A DNA stretch of 64,000 nt from an uncultured cyanobacterium (GTDB taxonomy: Bacteria > Cyanobacteriota > Cyanobacteriia > Cyanobacteriales > CAWCAG01): assembly GCA_963803805.1 (NCBI GenBank), contig CAWDOD010000004.1, forward strand, positions 448,001-512,000, written 5' to 3'. A program made the position numbers and the translations under genes. The notes beneath the pieces were generated by a model. The model was not told the DNA's origin. It ran no database searches and saw nothing but the letters and a program-made list of their open reading frames with translations. Of the stretch, positions 28,900 through 38,117 are shown piece by piece; positions within the stretch are counted from its first letter, which is position 1, and the number at the start of each line of letters is the position of its first letter.

Positions 28900-30807
28900 A
28901 TGGTGGTATTGAAAAAATGGCAATGGCTCTTACTAATTAGTCCTATTGCTGGATTAGTTACCTTCTTGCTAATCTCCGCAGGGTGGCAAATTCATCAATG
29001 GGGTATTAATTGGATATGGGGGCTATTTATCCTCATCTTAGCTGGGTGGCGTTGGTTATTGGTAAAATGGACTCGCCCTGGTATTGGGGAAATCGAGACT
29101 GCTGTAGCCGAAGCAGAAGCAGAATTAGCCACTGTCCAAGCAGAAACAGCCAACCTTTTAGCCTCAAATGATCTGATTACCAAAACGGTAGAAACGGCCT
29201 TACAAAGCACCTTAGAAACCGCTAGAAATGACCTTCCTATTTGGGAAGATTGGACTGCATTTTGGCAACGTTGTCAAGAATTAATTGTTGCTGTTGCCCA
29301 TGCCTACCATCCGGAAGTTAAATATCCTCTACTCAACATCTATATTCCCCAAGCTTACGGCTTAATGCGAGGAACTGTAGATGATATGGATCGTTGGATG
29401 GAACAACTATCTCCAGCCTTAAATAAAGTTACTGTCGGACAAGGCTTTGAAGCCTATGAAGTTTATCGTAAACTAGAACCATCAGCACGCAAACTCCTGC
29501 GCGTCTGGAATTTTGCTCAATGGTTCCTAAATCCCGCCGCCGCTTTAGCGAAACAAGCTAGTCAGGGTTATAATAACCGTGCAACGGAACAACTTTTAGG
29601 GAATTTGGGGCAGATGCTGCGAGAAGTCGCCCTACGGAATCTCTGTAAACAAGCTGTAGCCCTTTATGGTAGTGACTCCTTACCAGAATCAACCTTTAAC
29701 CTTTCTACCCCTAGTTTACCCAAAGCCCAAAGCCAAACTCTCCAAGAAATTTTAGCAACCGCAGAACCGACTGAAGTTGTAGAGCAAAAACCTGTTAATA
29801 TTCTGTTGGTAGGTAGAACTGGTTCAGGTAAAAGCAGTCTGATCAATACCCTCTTTCAAGCTGAAAAAGCCGAAGTAGATGTTCTTCCCAGCACCGATAG
29901 ATTGCAAAGTTACCATTGGCAGGTTCCTAATGGAGAAAGCCTCACCCTTTGGGATACTCCAGGATACGAACAGGCAAATCGTACTGAGTTAAGGGAGTTA
30001 GTACTAGATTATGCCATTAATGCCGACCTTCTGCTACTCGTTACTCCCGCCCTTGATCCTGCCTTACAAATGGATGCAGACTTCCTAGAAGAAGTTGCAA
30101 CAGTAGTAACAGAACTTCCTACCATTACCGTAGTGACTCAAGTAGATAGGTTGCGCCCCATTCGTGAATGGCAACCTCCTTATAACTGGCGAGATGGTAA
30201 CAGTGCCAAGGAGACATCGATCCGAGAGGCAACAAAGTATCGCGCCGAACTTTTAGGGCAGTTTTGCAACCTCATTCTTCCTACCGTTACCAGAGATGCC
30301 AAAACAAACCGCAATCCTTGGAATATCGAAGAATTATCTCTAGCTTTAGTAGAAGCGATCGCCCCGGCTAAACAACTACGTTTAGCCCGTTTCCTGCGCG
30401 ATCGCGAAGCCCGCAGTCTTGCTGCAGCGAAAATAATCGATCGTTACACATTACAAATGGCTACAACCCAAGGGCTAACTGCCTTGCTGAAAAGCCCTGT
30501 CTTGCAATTCATCTCTACCATGTCTACGGGATCACCCACCTTAGCCTATGCACTCTCCCAAAAAATTCCTGTAGAACAGTTACCCGTAGTTATTGGTAAA
30601 CTGCAAATGGGGTACGAACTTCATTCGCTTTTAGAGCCAGATAAATCCTTCGACTTACTTTCTCTTTGGAATTTGTTATTAGAGAACTCTCAAACCCCGG
30701 ATCGCAATGCTTGGGCTTTCGGTCATAGCTTGGTAGAATACTGGACACAAAATCTGACAAAAGAGCAATTGTCAGAAAGATTTGCTTATTATTTACAACG
30801 AACTTAA
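28900..30807 (+). CDS. Membrane-anchored P-loop GTPase family protein
   Basis: Two N-terminal TM helices; G1 GRTGSGKSS, G3 DTPG, G4-like TQVD. Confidence 0.8.
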   Translation: MVVLKKWQWLLLISPIAGLVTFLLISAGWQIHQWGINWIWGLFILILAGWRWLLVKWTRPGIGEIETAVAEAEAELATVQAETANLLASNDLITKTVETALQSTLETARNDLPIWEDWTAFWQRCQELIVAVAHAYHPEVKYPLLNIYIPQAYGLMRGTVDDMDRWMEQLSPALNKVTVGQGFEAYEVYRKLEPSARKLLRVWNFAQWFLNPAAALAKQASQGYNNRATEQLLGNLGQMLREVALRNLCKQAVALYGSDSLPESTFNLSTPSLPKAQSQTLQEILATAEPTEVVEQKPVNILLVGRTGSGKSSLINTLFQAEKAEVDVLPSTDRLQSYHWQVPNGESLTLWDTPGYEQANRTELRELVLDYAINADLLLLVTPALDPALQMDADFLEEVATVVTELPTITVVTQVDRLRPIREWQPPYNWRDGNSAKETSIREATKYRAELLGQFCNLILPTVTRDAKTNRNPWNIEELSLALVEAIAPAKQLRLARFLRDREARSLAAAKIIDRYTLQMATTQGLTALLKSPVLQFISTMSTGSPTLAYALSQKIPVEQLPVVIGKLQMGYELHSLLEPDKSFDLLSLWNLLLENSQTPDRNAWAFGHSLVEYWTQNLTKEQLSERFAYYLQRT

Positions 30808-30827
30808 TACCATTCACCATTGAACAT

Positions 30828-30924
30828 TAGACATCTCCGGAAAAGACGGAACAGGGAACAAAAGGAACAATTGATGATTCTGAATAGGAAAATTGATGTT
30901 ATTTTTGATTTTAGGAGATATCTA
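30828..30924. mobile_element. MITE-like repeat, family C
   Basis: TIR TAGACATCTCC...GGAGATATCTA with internal GGAACA repeats. Confidence 0.6.
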
Positions 30925-30972
30925 TTACAAGTCTAATATATCTTTGAGACAACTAAAGAAAAATGGTATAAC

Positions 30973-31239
30973 CTACTCAACCACAATACACCATTCATGA
31001 AGCTTATATTCCACACAACCATTCTTAACTAAAGGGTCTGCGGCTACAATTTCTTTTGCCTGTGCTAACGAAGTAGCTTCAAAAAGTAGCATTCCTCCCC
31101 CTAATTCTCCCCAATAACCACTCCGGGCCTGATGCCCTTTAGTAATCAAATCCTTAACATAAGCTTTATGGGCAGGAACGTATTGATCAAAGGTAGATTT
31201 ATTAACAATTCCTTTCTCTATTTTGACAAACCAAGACAT
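30973..31239 (-). CDS. YciI family protein
   Basis: PAHKAY His motif, GGGMLLFEA, ADPLV. Confidence 0.85.
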   Translation of the reverse strand: MSWFVKIEKGIVNKSTFDQYVPAHKAYVKDLITKGHQARSGYWGELGGGMLLFEATSLAQAKEIVAADPLVKNGCVEYKLHEWCIVVE

Positions 31240-31283
31240 TTTTTATTAAGGCTATTTTTAACTAAATAATTGATAATTAAATT

Positions 31284-31484
31284 ATGTCTAAATCTCAACA
31301 TCGCTTTTTTATTGCCTTGCTACCCTCTGTGGCAGTACAGCAATATGCTAACCAAGTCAAACATAACTTCGTGGAAGTTTACAACTCCTGTGCGGCCCAA
31401 AAATCTCCTCCTCTAGAACTAGCAACGTTTCTGCCTACCCTACTTTATCGCTTCTATAATACTATTTGGTCAGCTTTTGGCTAA
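31284..31484 (+). pseudogene. Truncated 2'-5' RNA ligase (2H phosphoesterase) family gene
   Basis: RFFIALLP...AAQKSPP matches the family N-terminus, but homology stops just before the expected HITL motif. Confidence 0.65.
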
Positions 31485-32697
31485 TTTAATCCAATCACCA
31501 ATTATGTACAGTCGTCGTTATTTCTTGTTAGGTATAGGTTCAGTAGCTCTGGGGCAAATGGCTTCGGGGTGTAGCATTGGTGCTAAGCTTGACCTAAGAG
31601 TACGATTGCTGAAAGACTCGATTCCACCTCAACTGTTACGCAGCTTTCGTCAAGAATCACAAGAGCGCATTGCTTTAAATTTTAGAGCAGAAACTCAATT
31701 AGCTGGTTTGTTTAAGGATCTAGAGATTTGGCAAGAAGAATCTCAGCAAAAAAACACTCCAAACAAGCTAGTTCTCCCTTTACGTAGGTTAGTACGCTTA
31801 AGTCCTCCGGCAACACCAGATTTACTAAGTTTAGGGGATTTTTGGTTAACTGGGGCAATCAAGGAAAAATTGATTCAACCTATTGATGTTAAACAACTTC
31901 CTTTATGGAAAGAATTACCTCCCCGTTGGCAAGAATTAGTTAGACGCGACGAAAAAGGACAACTAAGCAAGTCTGGAAAAATTTGGGGCGCACCCTATCG
32001 TTGGGGTTGTAGCGCGATCGCCTATAACCAAGAAAAGTTTAACTCCCAGGGTTGGGATTTACCAACGGATTGGCAGGATTTGTGGCGGCCAGAATTACGT
32101 AATCGTCTTTCTTTATTAGATTCACCAAGAGAAGTTATTGGCTTAACTTTAAAGAAGTTGGGTTTAAGTTACAACAGCCCTAATTTAACAGAGGTAGCTA
32201 ACTTAAAAAAAGAACTCATTGCTCTTCATAAACAGGTCAAATTATATAGTTCAGACTCTTACTTACAGCCCTTAGTTCTTGAGGATACAGATATTGCTGT
32301 TGGTTGGTCTACAGATTTTCTTTCCCTCAAAGCTAGCTATCCTAACATTAAAGTGGTGATACCCAACTCAGGAACTGCTCTCTGGGCAGATTTGTGGGTA
32401 AACCCCATCTCTTCTCAAAATAGTACTTCAAAAACCAAAGATGCCCCTTCTCTTTCTCAAAAATGGCTAAATTTCTGTTGGGAATCTCAATCAGCACAGC
32501 AAATTTCTTTATTCACCTCTGGTTCATCTCCTATGTTAAGAACTATCGATAAAGATAAATTACCTGCTGATCTTCGCAAAAATCCTCTTGCCTTACCCAA
32601 AGAAAGCATTTGGCAGCAAAGTGAATTTCTATTACCCCTTTCCGCAAAAACCACACAACAATATGAATCCTTGTGGCAAGAAATTAGGAACAATTAA
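31477..32697 (+). CDS. Extracellular solute-binding protein (PotD/polyamine-like), Tat lipoprotein
   Basis: SRRYFL twin-Arg, ASGC lipobox, APYRWG, WQDLW, LLDSPREVIG, GTALWAD. Confidence 0.85.
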   Translation: MANLIQSPIMYSRRYFLLGIGSVALGQMASGCSIGAKLDLRVRLLKDSIPPQLLRSFRQESQERIALNFRAETQLAGLFKDLEIWQEESQQKNTPNKLVLPLRRLVRLSPPATPDLLSLGDFWLTGAIKEKLIQPIDVKQLPLWKELPPRWQELVRRDEKGQLSKSGKIWGAPYRWGCSAIAYNQEKFNSQGWDLPTDWQDLWRPELRNRLSLLDSPREVIGLTLKKLGLSYNSPNLTEVANLKKELIALHKQVKLYSSDSYLQPLVLEDTDIAVGWSTDFLSLKASYPNIKVVIPNSGTALWADLWVNPISSQNSTSKTKDAPSLSQKWLNFCWESQSAQQISLFTSGSSPMLRTIDKDKLPADLRKNPLALPKESIWQQSEFLLPLSAKTTQQYESLWQEIRNN

Positions 32698-32727
32698 ACA
32701 ATTAATAATTGATCATTGATCATTGCT

Positions 32728-32946
32728 TTAAGCTAGCTTCAAAGAATTAACAGGAACCTCATCCCAAGATTCTACAGTCCTCAAACGAGCAATCCAACCC
32801 GCAGATTTTTGTTGTTGGGTAAGATTATCCCTAAAAGATTGATGACAAGCTTGGGCTAATTCTTGATTACAACTAGCAATACAGCAATAAAGCAAACCGG
32901 AAGGATCTATTTGTTCATTGACCCAAATGATCATAGTATCGCTCAA
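32728..32946 (-). CDS. Small conserved cyanobacterial hypothetical protein
   Basis: IWVNEQIDPSG...SWDEVP pattern; RBS AGGAG upstream. Confidence 0.65.
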   Translation of the reverse strand: MSDTMIIWVNEQIDPSGLLYCCIASCNQELAQACHQSFRDNLTQQQKSAGWIARLRTVESWDEVPVNSLKLA

Positions 32947-33098
32947 TCTCCTATCTTATTAGTACTTGCCGTTAATTGAGGGAGTCCTTCCCCAGTAACC
33001 CGGCAAATTCTCCACTCTTCCATAATCGCAGATCCTAAGCTTTATGGGTTATATAAAATAGATCAATTCGAGGTTAACAAGGAGAGCGAGAATGATCA

Positions 33099-34304
33099 AT
33101 GATAGTTTTAGTTCTTAATGCTGGTTCTAGTAGTCAAAAGAGTTGTCTTTATGGTTTGGGTAACTCTTTGCCAGACACCCCTGCTGAACCCCTATGGTCA
33201 GCTCATATAGACTGGACAGTTAATGAAAATGAGGGCATTCTTACTGTTAAAAGCAACGATACTCAAAAACAAATAGAAGTAAAAGAAAGTGATAGTGCAT
33301 TGGGAGTTTTGCTAGATACTTTAGTTACAGGAAAAACTAAAGTTTTAGATAGTTTAAATGATATTGATATTGTTGCTCATCGAGTAGTTCATGGTGGCGC
33401 TAAATATCATCAAGCTACTGTCATTACTCCTGAAGTCAAGGCAGCGATCGCCGATTTAATTCCCCTTGCTCCTAATCATAATCCGGCCCATTTAAAAGGA
33501 ATTAATACCATAGCAGAAATTTTACCCCAAGTAACTCAAGTAGCTGTTTTTGATACAGCTTTCCATACAACCCTTCCCCAAGCAGTGAAAGTTTATCCTT
33601 TACCCTACAAATGGTATCAAAAAGGTATTCGCCGCTATGGATTTCATGGTATTAGTCATGAATATTGTGCTAAACGTAGCGCCCAGATTTTACAAAAACC
33701 CCTTGAAACTCTAAAGATTGTTACTTGTCATTTGGGCAATGGTTGTTCTTTAGCTGCTGTTAAAAATGGTATTTGCCTTAACACAACTATGGGATTTTCT
33801 CCCTTAGAAGGACTAATGATGGGAACTCGTTGTGGTTCAATTGATCCGCAAATTCCTATTTATATGATGCAAGAATATGGCTTAGAAGCAGATGAATTAA
33901 ATCAAATATTTAATCAAGAATCAGGCTTAAAAGGAGTCTCTGGTATCTCTGCTGATCTCAGAACTATTTTAGAGGCGATTACGGAGGGAAACAAACAAGC
34001 AAAGCTAGCTTTTGATATTTATATTCAGCGCTTAAAAACCGCTATTGGTGCAATGGTTGCTAGTCTTAACGGTTTAGATGTTTTAGTGTTTACCGCTGGA
34101 GTAGGAGAAAATTCTAGTGTTGTTCGTGAAACAACCTGCAATGGTTTAACTTACCTGGATTTGCAGTTAGATTCAGCCAAAAACAATGCTCATCCTCTAG
34201 ATAAAAATATTGCTACAGAAGATTCCCAAGTGCAAGTGTTAGTAATTCATACCCAAGAAGATTGGGCGATCGCAACTCAGGCTGTCAAGAAAATTTGTAG
34301 ATAG
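33099..34304 (+). CDS. ackA: Acetate kinase
   Basis: LVLNAGSSS, HRVVHGG, FDTAFH, RYGFHGISH, HLGNG, FTAGVGEN. Confidence 0.96.
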   Translation: MIVLVLNAGSSSQKSCLYGLGNSLPDTPAEPLWSAHIDWTVNENEGILTVKSNDTQKQIEVKESDSALGVLLDTLVTGKTKVLDSLNDIDIVAHRVVHGGAKYHQATVITPEVKAAIADLIPLAPNHNPAHLKGINTIAEILPQVTQVAVFDTAFHTTLPQAVKVYPLPYKWYQKGIRRYGFHGISHEYCAKRSAQILQKPLETLKIVTCHLGNGCSLAAVKNGICLNTTMGFSPLEGLMMGTRCGSIDPQIPIYMMQEYGLEADELNQIFNQESGLKGVSGISADLRTILEAITEGNKQAKLAFDIYIQRLKTAIGAMVASLNGLDVLVFTAGVGENSSVVRETTCNGLTYLDLQLDSAKNNAHPLDKNIATEDSQVQVLVIHTQEDWAIATQAVKKICR

Positions 34305-34349
34305 TCTATTCTTCAACCTCAACAGGTGATCTAAATGCTTAACAGCTTA

Positions 34350-35360
34350 CTACCCTCCATTTCGGGGATTCCAACGAGAACGTAATTCTTCAATGTGCAT
34401 ATTCTCTTTATCCTTCTTAAGATGTCGAGGACTGCTCTCAAAAGATAAAGAGGATGGCAGTACATCTTGTCCATACTCTGCAAGGATAAACGCTTCTACC
34501 TCTTTGTAGGAAGGAGAAAAGCTATCCTTAAAAGGCTGAGATCCTTGGGATTGAGAACGCCTCAATGCAGCAGAAAACAGACCAGTTCCATCATCGAAAA
34601 ATCGTTCAGTGGTTTCCCCGTATTCCTGATAAGGATAAAAAGCTAAGTCTTTAGGGGCTTGGGCAGCAACCCAGGAAACATAAGACCAGTATTCGCTAAA
34701 AGTACCAAATTCATTGGCAGAGCGCATCATTAGTAATAGCCAGTGGTCTTGAGATTCATAGTATCTGTTCACTTGTTGTTTAAATGATTTGAGATACTCC
34801 TGCTTGAACCACATATGATGGGGGACAAAGCTGCCTTCCGGGTTGGTAAGGGGTTTAACCCCAAGTACCGAGGAAATCCACTTGTCCCACTTGGAGACGA
34901 TGCTAGCATTACCCCAGCCATTGTTTTGAATCAGTGCAAAGGTATGTTGAACCTTTGAGTCATTTTCGCGAATAAGTGGCCAAGCATCTACAGGAAGTAA
35001 GTCACTATCCCAAACAACATACCACTCACTCAAATTATCAATACCTTCAAATGCCCCAAGCTTTAATAACTGTTGATAGAACCAACCTGGAGTGTAAAGG
35101 GATAACTCTAAATCAAGTTCTGCACAAATTTTGTCTTTAGTAAGATCGCTCTTTGCAAAGAACTGTTCTTCCTCATAACTATAGAGGGGGGCAACTTGCC
35201 ATTCCTTAGCTGCTTTTTTGAGCGATCGCGCTTCAACCGCAGGGGCAATGACATGGATGCTGCGAGGTTGGTAATGGGTAGTAATCCCCTCTAATACCGC
35301 TTGGGTATTCCAACGCAAGCGATAAAGAGGGATAACAAAATCAAATGTTTCTTGTGCCAT
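34350..35360 (-). CDS. Glycosyltransferase-like protein (GT-A-like; resembles DUF6492)
   Basis: FDFVIP start, GWFYQQLLKL, VVWDSD DxD motif, VPHHM, FSEY. Confidence 0.55.
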   Translation of the reverse strand: MAQETFDFVIPLYRLRWNTQAVLEGITTHYQPRSIHVIAPAVEARSLKKAAKEWQVAPLYSYEEEQFFAKSDLTKDKICAELDLELSLYTPGWFYQQLLKLGAFEGIDNLSEWYVVWDSDLLPVDAWPLIRENDSKVQHTFALIQNNGWGNASIVSKWDKWISSVLGVKPLTNPEGSFVPHHMWFKQEYLKSFKQQVNRYYESQDHWLLLMMRSANEFGTFSEYWSYVSWVAAQAPKDLAFYPYQEYGETTERFFDDGTGLFSAALRRSQSQGSQPFKDSFSPSYKEVEAFILAEYGQDVLPSSLSFESSPRHLKKDKENMHIEELRSRWNPRNGG

Positions 35361-35384
35361 GAACTTAGAAAGAAGTTACTTAAT

Positions 35385-37136
35385 CTATACTGCTGATAAT
35401 TGGGTTTTTTCTAGCTCATCTGGGGTGCTAGCTACCGTTGAAGGGTCTTCTAATCCGACATCACTACACAACGGTTCAATGCCTAAGCCTTGTCTGGGGT
35501 AATCGGCACAAATTTGTTCATATGCGGCGATCGCCTCGTAAAGTTCATCGCGGCTGAGGGAGTTAAGGTAAGCACATTGACCAATTTTTCCCTTGGGTAA
35601 AGGTATTGCTAAATTCCCCCCTCGCTTTTGGAGGATTTTTTCTTGGGAAGACCAGAGGGTTTCTTTTTTGAGTAGAATATCGTGCCACAAGCTCAATCCA
35701 AAGGAACTAATGAGACGAAGAATCCTCTGAAAATCCTCTAAGGTGATCCAGTTTAGGCGATAGCTTAAATAAGCTCCAAAGCCCATACCAATAGAAACCG
35801 CATGACCATGCAACAACCCAGCTTCAATTTCAAAGCCTGGTGACCAAGTATGACCATAGGCATGGGGACGACACTGGTGGGTTTCATAAAGATTATCGTA
35901 TTCAGCCGCCACATAGCTACGTAATGCAGCCCCAAGAATTTTCTGGGAGAGAAGGTTGATTTCCTCATCGGGCTGACAATTCATAGTCCCAAAACGAGTA
36001 GTAATAAGCTGTGCTTTAGCTTGCTCTAAATAGCCAAACAGTTCTGCATCTTTAACCACAGCCATTTTGATAATCTCGATAATACCGTGCCTTAACCATC
36101 CTTCCCGCAGGGTTTTGAAGAAAAAGCGGTCGGTAATCGAAAGAATTGGTGGATGGTAAGCCCCGAAAAGATTCTTATAGCCAAAGCCATCGCAGCAAGT
36201 TCGTGGAGAAGGGCCAGCATCAATGCCTGCCACAATTGATGTAGACAACATGACATAAGGAGTGTTGCGGTGATACAAGGCGCAGGCAAGCCCTGCCGTA
36301 TCCGCAAGGACACCACCACCGACAATTAATACAGGTTCATTGCGGGACACTCCAAGGGACTTGAAGTCACCGAGCATTTTCTCAACAGTGTAGATACCTT
36401 TGTCTACTTCCATCGCCCGATAGACTAGCTTCTCTAAATGAATATTGTGGTAATGGAAGTAATGTTCAATTTGTTCACCGTAGTATTGTTCTACATTCTT
36501 GTCTACCAAACAAACACAGCGTCTGAGGGAGATGTACATATCTCTGAGAATATGCTGTTGCGGGTCTAGGGAGTTGTCAATGAGTTTGATTGAGGTAAAG
36601 GTACTTGACCTCATCACCGCTTCAATGGTTTGGTCATCAGGGGTATTTACGACATAACCACGACTTTCTCGATAGCTGGAGGTTGGATACACTGCATGGG
36701 GATTTACCTCAACGAGATCATCGGCCAATTTCTGATAAAATTCCCTATCCTTACTACGTAGGAGGTAATCTAATAACTTATTCGTACCTAAATTAGATAG
36801 GTGCATTCTGTTAGCAAATTCTAACCACTCTAAGCCAACAGCTTCGTCAAAAGCACAGGTCAATTCAGCAAGCAAAGCAAAAAAGCTACTAAGAGAGAGA
36901 TTAAGAGAACTTCGTAGCCTGCGACAAGCTGATAAAGCTTTTACTGCACCAGCTACAGCGAATTCTTCTCCAAGTTCCTCAGAAAATGCTGGACTATCAA
37001 TAAGCGAAAGCAATAAGCTTCTGAAATACTCGCTGCTACAAATAGCTTCAATGGCATTCTCCAAGTTTTGATCTGCCAGAGGCTCACTGTCATAGTTGGC
37101 AATAAAAGCCTTAACTGCCGAGGTAGTCTTTATCAT
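35385..37136 (-). CDS. Sedoheptulose-7-phosphate cyclase, demethyl-4-deoxygadusol synthase (MysA)-like, with long N-terminal extension
   Basis: VGGGVLAD, IDAG, KNLFGAYHPP, EIIKMA, NLYE, AYGHTWSP, LLHGHAV. ATG at 37136; the frame is open to 37217. Confidence 0.85.
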   Translation of the reverse strand: MIKTTSAVKAFIANYDSEPLADQNLENAIEAICSSEYFRSLLLSLIDSPAFSEELGEEFAVAGAVKALSACRRLRSSLNLSLSSFFALLAELTCAFDEAVGLEWLEFANRMHLSNLGTNKLLDYLLRSKDREFYQKLADDLVEVNPHAVYPTSSYRESRGYVVNTPDDQTIEAVMRSSTFTSIKLIDNSLDPQQHILRDMYISLRRCVCLVDKNVEQYYGEQIEHYFHYHNIHLEKLVYRAMEVDKGIYTVEKMLGDFKSLGVSRNEPVLIVGGGVLADTAGLACALYHRNTPYVMLSTSIVAGIDAGPSPRTCCDGFGYKNLFGAYHPPILSITDRFFFKTLREGWLRHGIIEIIKMAVVKDAELFGYLEQAKAQLITTRFGTMNCQPDEEINLLSQKILGAALRSYVAAEYDNLYETHQCRPHAYGHTWSPGFEIEAGLLHGHAVSIGMGFGAYLSYRLNWITLEDFQRILRLISSFGLSLWHDILLKKETLWSSQEKILQKRGGNLAIPLPKGKIGQCAYLNSLSRDELYEAIAAYEQICADYPRQGLGIEPLCSDVGLEDPSTVASTPDELEKTQLSAV

Positions 37137-37275
37137 AATTCTGGGAGAAACAATATTTGCAATATCAGTCAGGGTTTTATAACTACCTGTTTGAATTAAG
37201 TTAACATAACTATTCAAAAGTTAACAAAATATGATTATTTAGGCTTTAGCGGCTCGTTGTCTTGGAAATGGAGAG

Positions 37276-37902
37276 CTAGGGAGAAGATTTTTCGATTTCT
37301 CCCTCTATATTTTTCCTTGCCTGAGTTTCAAATTTATGATAGCAATACTCAGTAAAATAGATTCTTTCTCTATCTAAGAAAACTTGTAAGATTTCCTGTC
37401 TCTTTTGCTTATATTCTTCTTGGGGAACCCAAGCATATTCTTGGCGTATTTTGTGAGCATAACTTTGATAAATACTTGATGTTGCTCCCAAAATAGCTAA
37501 ATCAGCATCGAGAAAAATATATTGATCTATATTGCCTATTTGAGGTAAATGTTTTTTAGTAATTAATATTAGTTCAGTGACTGCTTTTATCAAAGATATT
37601 GGCAGGTTCAATTTTCTTAAATAAATTTCTGTTTCAATAGCACTTTTTTCTTCATTATCTTGGGCTTTAGAGTCATAAACAAAATCATGAAACCAAGCTG
37701 CTAAAAGCAATGCTGTTGTATTTGAACTCAAAAAACTCATCTGGTCTATGATTATCAAAACCTGCTCAATATGCTCTAAATTGTGGTAAAAACGACCAGG
37801 GGCAGAATAGGCCCTGGTCAAATCAAGAAAAACTTGGTTAGTAACTTCAGATTTCCTTGCTAATAGTGCTAGAGTCTTTTCCCAATAATATTTAAGATTC
37901 AT
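37276..37902 (-). CDS. Predicted HD-superfamily metal-dependent phosphohydrolase
   Basis: RFYHNLEH, AAWFHD, DNEEKSA, FLDADLAILG, IRQEY. Confidence 0.88.
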   Translation of the reverse strand: MNLKYYWEKTLALLARKSEVTNQVFLDLTRAYSAPGRFYHNLEHIEQVLIIIDQMSFLSSNTTALLLAAWFHDFVYDSKAQDNEEKSAIETEIYLRKLNLPISLIKAVTELILITKKHLPQIGNIDQYIFLDADLAILGATSSIYQSYAHKIRQEYAWVPQEEYKQKRQEILQVFLDRERIYFTEYCYHKFETQARKNIEGEIEKSSP

Positions 37903-38117
37903 GAGGGAACAGGACAGGGTTCACACTTATGGTTGCCGTAAGGCTACAGTTGTATTCTCAACTTATGCTTATTACCTATTAGAGAACTCCAATAAATAAA
38001 ATATCCTCACAAAGTAGAAGATTTTAGCAACTAGCTTATCCCTTTTGGACAAGTCTTTTCTTGACTCTCTGTTACTTCCCCCTGTCTCCCTCTCGTTTCC
38101 TTGGTGAAACCCAAAAA

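Noticed and set aside
28900-30807. GTPase as a member of the peptide/JmjC system
   Set aside because: It is only 28 nt downstream, but it looks like a common cyanobacterial membrane GTPase with no evident connection to peptide modification. Left out pending synteny data.
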